A stretch of DNA of 64,000 bases from Ptychomitrium polyphyllum (taxonomy: Eukaryota). This document shows positions 1-14,100 of this stretch, in pieces (position 1 is the first letter of the stretch; every line of letters begins with the position of its first letter). The stretch covers positions 4,464,001-4,528,000 of the forward strand of contig OZ316775.1 in NCBI GenBank assembly GCA_973851085.1, given 5' to 3'. Position numbers and translations under genes: made by a program. Under the pieces are notes generated by a model. The model saw only the letters and a program-made list of their open reading frames with translations, was not told where the DNA came from and searched no databases.

Positions 1-2255
1 CAGTTACTATTCCAAATCAACTTAGGTGCTTCATTGTCTAAATCTAATTTAGTACAAGGCGGACAAATTCAAGCCAAGAATTCAATGTCAACAGTCAAAG
101 AAACTAAAATCAACCTTCTAAAGAAATTTAATGGTAAGCATTCAAAATTTTGAGGCTTTGTAAACCAAGTTCAATTTGTTACCTTGCTTCAACCTTGACA
201 GTAATCTACAGACGCTCCACGCATTGGTTTGATAGGAATATTGTTCTTAAAACAAATATTATCCTGATTTATACCACTTTTTGAGAAAAAATCTTCCATA
301 CTTAGCAACTTTGATGCGATTCAAGCTACATTTGCAAAAGCATTTGGTGACTATGACAAGCTCCGTTCTACAAATACTAAGAAAAAAAGGTCATGTTCTA
401 TTAGCTCACAGTTCCTATTGTTTTACTATATTTGTTAATTTAGGTGTTCAGAAGCTCAAAAGCCTTGCTCTAATAGATTCAAGAGCCTTTGCTTGCTTTA
501 TTGACAAAGAATTTATGAAAAGCCATAAGTTTTTTTTCATTAGAAAATTCAAATCTGTCTATGTCAAAGTCATAGATGATTGACTGTTATCTTCCAGAAA
601 CGTTATTCATGTGATCAATCCATTAATAATAATATTGAATAACCATAGTAATCAAGTGATATTTAATGTCATTAGGTCTTTGTCGAGTTCCATCATTTTA
701 GGGCTTTCTTGGCTCAAAAAATACAACACACAAATAGATTGGGCATCTCGCAAAATAAAATTTCCATCATTAGAATCTGTAACTATTAAGCCTATGAAGG
801 AAGTTAAAGCATCTTATAGATCTTAAACCATAAAGCCTCTTTTAATAAGAACCAGAGTATTTATGAAAGCAGCAAAGACTGGTGTTTCTTTTGCTGTCTA
901 TGCAACTTCAACGTCCAAAATTGTGGCTTCATCATCAATCACTCTAGAAAAGTATAAGGATTTCAACGATGTATTAAAAAAGAGGGGATGTAGACACTCT
1001 ACTAAAACATCGTCTCTACAATTGTGCCATAGGCATCCAACACTGTGCCTAGCCACCATTTGGACCTATCTATAATTTATTCCAAAATGAACTTTTATCT
1101 CAAAGGAAGTATACTGATGAAAACTAAGCCAAGAACTTCATTTGACATTCAAAATCTCCTGCTGGTACTCCTATATTTTTAATAAAGAAGAAAGATGGAT
1201 ATTTTTAAATGTGTGTCAATTATCGCGGCCTCAACAATATGACGGTGAAGAATCGATAGCCATTGCCGTTAATATTTGGGCTTTTTGATCAACTTGGTCA
1301 ACAAAGATCTATACCAAAATAAACTTGCAAGAAGCCTACAATTTCGTACGCATCAAAGAAAGAGTCAAATGAAAAACGGCTTTTTGAACAAGATATGGAC
1401 ATTTTGAATTCAATGTCAAGTTTTTTGGACTTATCAATGCATCCGCCACTTTTGAGCACTTGATGAATGATATATTTTGAGAATGCCTCAATGATTTTGT
1501 CATATGCTATTTGAATGATATCTTGATTTATTCAAAAAATCTAAAGGTACACGAATGACACGTCCATATAATCCTACAAATACTATAAGATGCCAGTTTG
1601 TTTGTCAAGCTGGAGAAATATTTTATTCCATCTATCTCAAGTAGAATTCCTTGGATATATCATTTCCAATAAATAACTACTAATGGATGCAAAGAAGGTC
1701 AAAGCCATCAGCAATTGGACAAGGCCAAAATTAGTATGTGATGTCTAATGTTTTCTTGAATTTACAAATTTCTGTAGGATCTTCATCAAGGACTATTCTT
1801 GAATAGCTGCACCACTCACGCGGCTAACATATAAAAAAGAAGCTTGTGTAGAGATCCAATGCTGAGGATGCATTCCAAAGTTTAATGCAAGCTTTTACTA
1901 CATCTCTTATTCTGGTCTATTCAGACTCTTCAAAGCAATTTGATTTTGAAAAATATGCTTCCGATTTTATACTAAGAGCAATTTTGTCACAAATAGAAAG
2001 AGAAGGAAGACTCCATCCGGTTACATTCCATTCCAAAAAATGTTTGAAATGGAACCAACTTACGAAGGATATCCAGAAGCACAATTTGAAAGACTCTTTT
2101 ACAACAAAAATATGGAAGTTCATGCTTGGTTCCAAGTAGAAGGCGTTGGACACTATTGGTGGTTACATGGATCCATGAACCATTTGAATCGTGAAAAGCA
2201 ATTGGAGTATATTGCAGACATCATGCTACAAATTTTTGACTTTTTACAACTCTAA
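1..2255 (+). mobile_element. Degenerate Ty3/gypsy LTR retrotransposon internal region (gag, protease, RT, start of RNase H; integrase not seen)
   Basis: Protease-like ALIDSRAFACFID and IILGLSWLKKYNTQIDW. RT-like PILFLIKKKDG, CVNYRGLNN, RYGHFEF and ICYLNDILIYSK (YxDD altered to YLND, ~1502-1537), plus VEFLGYIIS. RNase H-like ASDFILRAILSQ...LHPVTFHSKK ending ~2040. Many frameshifts and stops. Confidence 0.92.
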
Positions 2256-2288
2256 GCATTTATTGTAACATGTTTTTTGGAGACCTCG

Positions 2289-2304
2289 GAGCTAGAAGGG
2301 AAGG
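2289..2304 (+). other. Polypurine tract of the retrotransposon
   Basis: Purine-rich GAGCTAGAAGGGAAGG a few bases before TGTCAC, the putative LTR start at 2308. Confidence 0.7.
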
Positions 2305-2307
2305 TGA

Positions 2308-2800
2308 TGTCACAGACATACATATTAGAAGCATCTAGAAAAGTTCTTAAAAAGCTTAGGAAGCTTTCTAAAAAATTACCTTGGCTTGATAAGCTTCTAA
2401 AGAAGTTACCTCGGCTTAGAAAGCTTCCAAAAAAGCAACTTAAGGTTGCTTGAGTACGAAGCAATGTAGTATTAGCTTCCTAAGAAGCTTCCAAGGCTTC
2501 TAGTCTTAATATATATAGGAGTCAAAGTTGAAGGGATCTTTTGTCTCAACAACACATCTCTTATAGTCTACCTCAAACCTTCTGACTTTGTCTTTGTACC
2601 TTGTTATAGCTCTTTACCTCTAATATATTTTAAACATATCTTGTTTCACATCTTGGAATTATGAAGCCTTGTCTTGAAATTACTCTATCTGTAACATCTT
2701 GTACTTTGACGTCTTTGTTTGTGCTACATTTTGTGAGCTCCAATTAATGTCTGGATTATATAATTCAAACCTAAGAAAGCCAGACGATAGGATTTATTTG
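2308..2800 (+). repeat. 3' LTR of the gypsy element (right end uncertain: 2696 or ~2803)
   Basis: Begins with TG after the PPT and contains repeated AAGCTTC/AGAAG motifs and a TATATATA box at ~2509. GTAACA at 2691-2696 is a possible terminus. Homologous to an inverted copy near 25.3 kb. Confidence 0.7.
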
Positions 2801-5800
2801 GCATTAAATGATGTTGAAGACAATCTTAGATACTTGGTCTTGTAAAACAACCTCCAAGGATTGAATGTCTTTATTAATATGATCAAATGCAAGAATTTGT
2901 TTATCATTAATTTCAACATGTGCGAGATGTTTTTATTCACAAGCACCCTATGGAGTTTGGTAGCAAAATTCTTGTCCGTAAAGCATATTAGTGACTCTAT
3001 ATTCAAAAGAGCTTAAAAATAAATTTCATTATCTGACACTTTAATTTTGATATGAAACGTAAAATAAAAGATAGGGATTGGAAGTAGTAAGAGACCTTGT
3101 TTTGATGCTTGTTTCTTTATAGTATCCAGTTGTATGGTCCCTACTGTAAGCCGACAACTTCATTTTCCAACTTAATGGATTAGTAGTTTTTTTGTAAATT
3201 TCTAGATTGTTCCAAGTGCACTTCTTTTTTTAATTTCTTGTAAGTTCTTAGCTACTATTATTTACTTCTTTATTGATAATTTTGTTGGTAACTTCCACAA
3301 CTTTGAAATAAAGTATAAAGGGCATGAAAACTAAATATAAATTTGTTTACAATGATCTCCGTAATGTCGTTTGATTTTGAATCCTTTGGAATGAATTTTA
3401 TATATATAAATGGAATTATTGACTAAGTTCTACCTACTTCAAAGGCGCTTAAGGCTACAACCTCTATTTGCCATTTATACTTTGGGAAGAATTTAAAAAC
3501 ACAATACAAGTTAAGTCAATAATGTCTAATTTTGAACTTCATGAATTAGCATCCGTCTTCAATAGATTTAAATGGCCTCAATGTCTCTTTGTAGTTTCTA
3601 AATTTGATTCATATCCAAGTGCAAAGACCTTATGTAGAACCACCTTATTAAAAAAATTCTATACAATAGTGGTTGATGGTGATTCTATTTATATTTCTAT
3701 GGTGAAGAAATCCGCAATGAAATAAATGTTGTTAGAAATGACCATCACAAAATTGATGATTAATTTTTTTAATATGAAGGTTGGAAATCTTTGGCCTTAA
3801 TAGATAACCTAAAAATTCTTAACACAATTTTTTCAAAACAATGACAAAATAGTGATAGGATATTAAAGTTTGAAATTTCTTTAATCACATTTATATATGC
3901 AATTGGATAGGATTTTTACAATTATAGGAACATTAATTTTGTCTTTACTTAAAGCTTCAAAAATATTTCCACAATTATAGGATCATTGCATTGTCTAAAT
4001 ATATATTGTCAATTTTTAAATAAAATTTTATTTTCAAATTTTTAGTTCTATTTGTAATTTTTTTGCTATTTTAATAAATAAATTTGGCTTTTATTAAATT
4101 TAGTCAATAAATGGCTGCTAAATGCTCACTGTTAAATGCCAACGCTCATTGTGTGCTTGCATGGTCTTGTTGTTGAGTAAAAAATGAATTAATTTATCCA
4201 CTAGAAATACCTATAAAAAAAACAACAATTACATTTAAATTGTTGAGTACCTATTCAAGATTGGATGAAGGTTAGGAAACATTGCTTTAGCAGACATTGT
4301 CAGTGATCCATAGTATTTCTAAGAAATATCTTGATGGATATTTATGGAAAATATTATTTATAAATACCTTATAATTATTGGTAAAAAACCACATTCTTGA
4401 ATCATATTGGATATTATCAATTACTACAAAAGTTATTCTATTGAATAAAAACGAATAAATTCAACCATAATTAGTAAATTCCAACCCTCAAATATAGGCA
4501 CTAATCACATTGGTCATCATATATGCAAGATTTCTAATTTATGTACTCCAATAGTTAAATGCCACTTCATAATACTTATTATCAAAGATTATAACTAAAG
4601 CTTTGTAAATATAAAATTGGTTGAATTTTGAAAAAGAGCAATTTTAAATCAATTAAAAAAATTTAAGCATCATAATTACAATCCATACTTATTAATACAA
4701 AATTGCCAAAATTTAAGATCTATATCATTAAGCTAATTCCATTTGTACATTTTGCTTGAAAATTCATATTTCACAACAATTGAAATAAATGTTGAAAGAT
4801 AGCTATGGAATACTATTATAATTATGCAAATGCATTGAAAAAGTAAATTTTTGTGTTACTTGAATTGCATAGTAGCATATTCTAGTTGAGCTTGGAGTTT
4901 ATGGTATCTATCTAAGATGTGCTTTATTCTTTATTTAAAAATTAGAAAACCAAAACATTTTAAATCTTGATAGTTGAAATTCCAAAGTTATTATAACCTA
5001 CTCTACTTTGATTGAAGAATTGTGAACCTTTATTTAATAGCCATACAAAATACAAAGACATAAATATTGTGCTAAAAACTATTCATTTAAGATAAAACTT
5101 TTTCTATGTAGTCTTTCAGAACCTTCAAGTATACAAATGTTCCACCATCAAAGTTATTCGTCAAATAGAACTCTCTTACTTTGTGTTTTTAGAATACAAT
5201 TCCTTTTTAAATAATAACTTCCAATAATATATGATACAAACATTAAGACACTTCCAATTTAGAAGAGTCGTTGGAGAAGCTTTGAGCACTCAAGACAAAC
5301 AAACAATTGGCTTGAAAAAACTTGGCTAACTCTGGGGTCCAAAGCTTAGAAGCTCACAAGCATGGCCCAACATTGTAGAAGCTCCTTATTAATCCATCAA
5401 AACACATTTTAGAACACGTTTTTGCTTCGTTGCATTTGTTGCAGAGAGTGTTTGCAAAATGATCCACTTAATCGATAAATCAACAAGTTGTCAACATCCT
5501 GTCGGTCTCATCAATTACAGAAAGTCAAAAGTATAGAAATCCCTCTGGACTGTCATAGTAAATGGCTAACAGTTATTAAAGCACATTTCTCCTTGGTAGG
5601 ATCCAAAAGTTAGGGCCACAGTATACTTAACACCATCACAGGATACACTTGTAAACTTTCCATGCACAAGCACTACAATTCATCAAATTTGCAACTGATA
5701 GTTCCATCATTAGTACCAAATTTATGTTAAAATACAACTTCTAAACACCAATGACTTCACTGAATCAGAAAAAACCATCACTGCATAAGTTACCATAAAT

Positions 5801-7049
5801 TATCCTGTTCAGATTATCTCAAACCATCACTACTCTTTCCAGTGCAGAAACAAACTGAAGTATCATGCAGAATCAGGTAACCCCATCAAGTCCATCTCGA
5901 TTAAAAACAAATGTCCAGCTGTACACAAAATCACAAAGAAAAACCGTCTCCAGAACACTGACCCATAACCCAGACACGCACAAAAAGCTTGCCAAAAAGT
6001 GACCACTTCTCGGCAGGGCGTTCCCAGTTATCCTCCCAAGAGCAAACCCTGGCACCGGCAACCGGGTAACATGATACCGGCTGCAGGCCAAGAGATTCGA
6101 CTTCGATCGTGGTCCCGCACTAAATCGCACGGCCAGAAACATTCATGAAAACTTGATGGACGGGTCGCCGCGATATGGTATCCGCGCTCCAAAAACCATC
6201 GACGGTGGAGAGGAGAAAAGAATACGGATATTCTCCACCGTCGAATGGGATTCAGTGGAGGGCGCGATTGGGTGAGTAGAAAAAGGCCCGCATATCGTCG
6301 CGGCAACGTGAGGGATGGTGTTGATCGACGGCTCACCGCCGCCGCGACAACGTCAGCCCTGTCGTCAGGGAAATGCACTCTCCGTGATCGCGTTCACATT
6401 TGCTCTTTGCCTAATAAGGGATGCATTACCCAAACCATCACTGTATCCAAAACTGACACTATGTACGCGGAAGATAGATTTCAAAAACGCAAATGTAGAA
6501 CTCCAGTAGATAATGTCGGTTTTGGATACAATAATGATTGGCTATGCATCTCTTGAATTAAATTTCTTTTGAGTTCCCCACCATCAGTTCTACGCCAGTT
6601 TTTTCCAACTAAACCTGAGCTCTAAAAGATCCTGTACTACTTGCACACAACATGCATTGACTTTCTTATCTACAGCTGGAAGTAGGTGAAATCACTAGGA
6701 GCCTATAAAAGAAAGAAGAAAACATGGGCGGCAATTGATGTGAATTTCCCTTTTGATGAACTGGTGAGTGAGCCCATTCATAGATAGTGGTTTCTGTAAG
6801 TCAGGTTAGGGCAACAAACATTCTCTGAGTTGGGTGACCAGTATTCAGCTTGGCTATGCAACTTGCGCATTCAAGGACGAGAATGCTTACCTGAGATTGT
6901 TAACCCAAGTAGCAGATTTTTCTCAGTAGTTTGTTGTGGGAGAGCGAGCTCACAAGGCTGGAGCGGTTGACTGAGCAGCTTGACATGATTAAGAGCAAGG
7001 TACGGGGAAGGAAAGGCGGCAAGATCTTTGGCTATGTGAAATGGATGCC

Positions 7050-9229
<2,180 letters not shown>

Positions 9230-9439
9230 CTACATCAGAACCTCCGCTTCACAACACCCTGTAAACTCTCGCGCCTCGCACTACAAGTACACAAAGTCTG
9301 ACGACGAAATTGGAAAAGCAAATTAGACTATCATGAAGAAAAGTGGATATACCAGCGTCGATTGAAACACACAAACTCACCTTTGAATTGCTTCCGGAAT
9401 CTTCCACGCGGTGATGAAAATGAGAAACGTGTAGAGCCT

Positions 9440-9850
9440 GAAACAGTACCCTAACCTGGCCTCTTTGTAGACTTCGACTAGCCGCTCGCAAACGCTCGTT
9501 CATACATGCAATACTTGCTTCTCACTACCCCAAACTGGAACACAACGAAGTAGGTTGTTGCCTCTAAAAGCTCGAAGTAAGCGTTATTACGAGAACACCA
9601 GCTGAGAAAGAATACCAAACCCACTGCTCAAAAATTCAGTCTAGCAGGAAATTCCCACAGCAGAGACTGATAACAGAAGTTCTTCCGTAGAAACCAACAA
9701 CGTTGAAACTCTGAGACTTCAACCTAAGCAAAACGTTCTTCCAATTCCTCACACAAGACGAGCTGCTGAAGGAACGTCGTTGCGAAGACAACAACTGGGC
9801 CCAATGGTTGCAACCTAACCCTAACATGGTCCTCCGTAGGATTAGGGCGA
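9440..9850. promoter_or_regulatory. Shared bidirectional promoter region of DIM1 and the VMA21-like gene
   Basis: Palindromic site II element TGGGCCCA at 9796-9803, telo-box-like AACCCTAA at 9817-9824, ACCCTAA at ~9448 and TTAGGG at ~9842. The genes are head-to-head. Confidence 0.55.
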
Positions 9851-10813
9851 ACTGGACGCGGGGATGGTGAGCTTTCACGTCATCATCCGGAAAATCATCT
9901 GAGTCTCAATCTGGAGGTGGGCATTTTCATTAGAGAGCTCTAGATCCGACTTGGTTGCTCCTTGATTTCTCCCCACTTGTGTTGTGTTGTTGGCTTGCTT
10001 TTTGGAAGCCGTCTGCATTCACTTATGTGCAGTGCTTCGCAGAGGAGGTTGGTTCGTTGATTCCATAGCCCTGGGTAAGTTGTCCTGAGATCCGTGATAT
10101 CATTGCATGTCTTGCACCCGTTTCGACCGATGACGACGTGATCGTGAGCATGTTGCATTTTGCTTAGTCCTGTTTAACGAATTTTTTTAGGTTGCGAGTT
10201 GTGGGGTTGTGGCTCTGCGTTCTTGCTGGTTTCGTGGATGCGCAGACTCGTGACTGTGGCATTAAGATGGTAGTGTTTCGAGAGATCCGGTTTCGAAGGA
10301 ATGCCGTATTGATCTGTTTGTCTAATTTTCTGTTGTGTGTGGTTCTTGGGGTGGATCCAATGTGAGAGGTAGGCTTTCGTTAGGAACTGATATTCGGGAT
10401 CGAAATAATTTAGAGAAGTGTTTGTGTTGATTCATGCTGCCTTTTCGCGACATAGAAGAAAAGTTGTTTCAGAAGATATTTGCCCGGACTATCTTAGTTC
10501 GTGTGTGCCTATTTGAGTTTTTCTTCGTTTATGGCTACGGGATTGAGAAGTATCGCGACATCGGCTGCTTGTGAGACCCTTCCTCGCAAGGGACTCGTGA
10601 GGAGTAGTTACCATTTGCAAGGTGCCACCATTAGTGGGATTTTCTCGTGAGAAAGTTTCGTGTTCGAATTTTTCTTTAGTCCAATCTCAAGGTTTCTCTA
10701 CGGATGAACTCCAAACCCCTAGAGTCCCGGTATAAGGATTTATGGTGTTGCTTACGGGATTTTTATTGCATTTTGCATTGGTGCAGATTTGACATTTGTG
10801 TACATTTCCTTAC

Positions 10814-11149
10814 ATGGAGCCCCAAGTATTGGTCCTGCTTGGCATCACATCTTTGTTGATGTGGGGATTGCCTCTCTGGGTTTTGTACGCCTTCAACAAT
10901 CAGCTGTTTCCGGGAAGCAAAGGACTGTCTCAACAGTCGGCCCCCTTGTGGAGCGGGTTGCTTGCAGTTCTTTCAGTTAACGTGGTTATTGTTTTTTACA
11001 TCATCCTAGCTCTTCGAGAGAAGCCAGTCAGGGCAACGCCGCAGCCAGACCCCGCATTCCTGTCAAAGGCAAGAGCTAGCGTTGCAAGAAACCAGGCACA
11101 AGAGCAAAGCACCTCTCAGTCTGTTGGGAGTGCCGAAAAGACTGACTAA
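10814..11149 (+). CDS. VMA21: VMA21-like V-ATPase assembly integral membrane protein (111 aa)
   Basis: Two hydrophobic helices, (LLGITSLLMWGLPLWVLYAF) and (LWSGLLAVLSVNVVIVFYIILALRE), the second matching the VMA21 SGxxAVxSVNVVIxxYI pattern. Also PQPDPAFL and C-terminal EKTD. A 5' UTR intron is predicted at 10075-10786 (GTAAGT...TGCAG). Confidence 0.85.
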   Translation: MEPQVLVLLGITSLLMWGLPLWVLYAFNNQLFPGSKGLSQQSAPLWSGLLAVLSVNVVIVFYIILALREKPVRATPQPDPAFLSKARASVARNQAQEQSTSQSVGSAEKTD

Positions 11150-14100
11150 GGGTTTACTGTTACCGCATCAACTAGTTCTGTGTCTTGTTTCAATGGGAGT
11201 AGACACTAGCTGATTGCAAGTAGCCGGTTGACGCACCTAAATCTACACGCTCAAGTCCTCATCATTTGCAAATCTTTTGCCATTAGGAGCTTGTTCCTTG
11301 TCAATGCAACTTACTTCAGGATCTATGTCGGGAGTATCAATAGCTCAACATCAGGGAACACCACTCACATAGGCCCCTCAATAAATCAAGGTATCTCCTT
11401 GAACTGACCCGTCTACGTTTGTGTCTGGGAGTTATAAGTAATTGTGGGCGTTGTGAGTTGTCCAATTTGGAATGATTATACTTCGTCTGGTTAAAGTTCA
11501 AAGTTATTTGAATGTAAGGCCTAATTCTTAGAACAGTAAAATTTCGTTTAACCTAACTTTAGCAACTCGGAAATGATTGCTTAATAGGTGAGCAAGTAAA
11601 TTTGAGTAGGTCGGCTGGAATAGTTGTTGCTATCGTATGTGCGTACAATTTTTCATTTGTTCTACACACAAAATACAAGTGTAAGTTTGGCCTATATAAC
11701 ATGCCAGAACGGTCAATGTATGTAGATATATGGTCTGTAGCATGGGGTTATATAGCAACCATCTTTGATGTATATCACTTGGATCAAGGGGGCACAAAGA
11801 CAAGTTTGGTCAAGTCCCACGGCGGGATCTGTGCGGTTTCGTTCTTATGTTCGGTGTGGCGAGAAAGGCTTGGATATTGATATCATCGTGAAGTTTTAGC
11901 TCTTTTTCTGAAACCTGATACTGTTTCTCTACCAAAGAACTGTTCAGACATGCAAGGTACTGCATTTCGGGTTGATTGAGTTGTAGTCTTTTTGATAAGT
12001 TGATCACGATTTCCCAATTTTTTTAATGATACACTGTGTTGGTTTTGGTGAGTTGTATTTGCAGGCCCAGGTTATGGTTTTACAATTTCTGTTGCTCAGA
12101 CACTTGAACTGGAAAAATGTACTCATGGACAAGTATTGTCTTTTTGGAACAGGATCTGAGGTCATGTGTGACGACCAACATCAACTTAACTTTTATTGTT
12201 TTGGAAAAGGGGCCACTTTCAAGGATTGGTGAAACTGGTCCTCTAGTATCTGTGGCTCTAGTGGCTGATGCTTCTGCAGCAGTTCATTTACAGCTCTGAG
12301 GACCCGAGTGTGATACCTTTCAGCCAGGCGATATAGTTCGTCTTATGAACGAAGTGTTCTCTTTTCACAGGAACAATCTTGTGTTGCGGGCAGGGAAGAA
12401 GGGCGCATTGGAGAAAACCGGTGAGTTTACTATGGTCTTTTCAGAGAATGTGAACATGAGCAAGCTACAGTGGGTGCCTGATCCCATAAATCCCAAATTG
12501 TGGAATGCAGTGAGCTTTAATCCTCATGCACCCAAGGCAACCAGTATCATCATGGAGCACTTTTGGGTAACCCACGTGGGCCTTTTCACTAGCGAATTCT
12601 ATTAAAAGGTATTAATATGAAGTTGTTAAGGCATGGATTGTGGACTTTGAACTCTGATACTTTGCCTATTCTTGGATGTACACAAGCATTTCTTAAACCA
12701 GTCGAAGAGTATGACCAAATCACAGCTTTAAAGGTTGATTGTCGTGTTTAGTTGTGCCCCTCAAATCTGGTGTCATGCTTTTGAATTTACTAGACATGGG
12801 ACAGATGGGAAGTTCTTCGGAATTGAGGGTTTTTCCCAACGTATTTTGTAGCACAGTCACTTGCCAGGTTTTTCCTTGTTTGGACTGAAGAGACTTAATC
12901 ATTGACTATATCAGGGGTTGCTAGTATTTGTTTTTCTTTTTAATGAATCTTTCCTTTGGAGCTATGAGACGGGTGTTTGTATAATCCAATGAACAAATTT
13001 CTCGTTTAGAGTTAGTGTATGTGCTTTATTTCGACTATCTTGTACTGATATCGTCTGTCATGAAAATAGGTATTTCTGCTCGTATTTTACACGATCGTTG
13101 TAGTTTTTAATGTTCTTCAGTGTAAGCTGTAGCCTTTGCCAGGACCCAACCTTCTGAGGGGCGAAATTCTAAGGCTTACTTCAGATTCAGTACTGCTTCC
13201 TCCATAGGATTGTCCTACTTGCCTCTTGGGGATTTGTCTTCTGCTACAGTCTTCCATTTCAGATATCAGATCAACTAGAGTTGCTTATACCAAAACAAAC
13301 ACATTTCAAGCTAGGCATGGAAGAAAACCAACACATAGCAGTACTGTAAATGACAGCATTAGGTATTGCATCCATTGGGCCTTTATACATCTTGGGGTCA
13401 TTATTGTGAATTTGAATGGTGATTGGAACGACTTGTACAGTTTGCAACCAATGTCAGAATTTTGACATAGTGGTTATATAAAGATGACTTTTGGTCGTCT
13501 TGCTTCAATTGGGTAAGATTTCCTCTTCTGTGTACTCTTATCCACTAATATGCTTTGCACCCAAATATGGATTTTTGAGGACGTACAGGTTCTATGAAAA
13601 TGGCAATGCCTACGATCAAATCAAGATACAACAATACATGTTGAGGTCAGGTATGAAGTCCACTTACACTTGACTTAATTAGTTAAAGTTATATTTTAAT
13701 TTTGTGTTTGGGCCAGATTCACTCTAACACTTCGCTACCAATGGCTCATAGCATGTAAGTTTTCACAATGTCGTACCGAAGTACTATGGACGTGCACTTA
13801 AACTATTGAAAGTAAAACTAGCTCGAGTATCCCTGAGACTCTGAGGAATAGAAGCATTTTCTGTTCGATGACTGGTAGCTGGTGCCGCTGCAGTTGGGCT
13901 GGTGTTGAGCATCTCTTTGACTCCTCCCAATCTGAAGTGGAGCACCCATCTTGGAAACCACGAAAGTCCCAACAAACTGCTTCTCTATTCTGCAGACGCC
14001 AGTGTTCATGCTTTTTTAGTGTTTTTTAAATGATTTTCTTGGAACAAATGTTCTTTATTACTACTGCCAACTTCGAAGTACCGGTACCAGTTGCTCCCAA

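Noticed and set aside
5995..6060. SRP/7SL-, MRP- or telomerase-RNA-like gene (GGAGGATAAC plus a T-run on minus)
   Set aside because: No SRP helix-8 motif, no MRP P4 motif (GAAAGTCCCC) and no plant USE/TATA promoter could be found.
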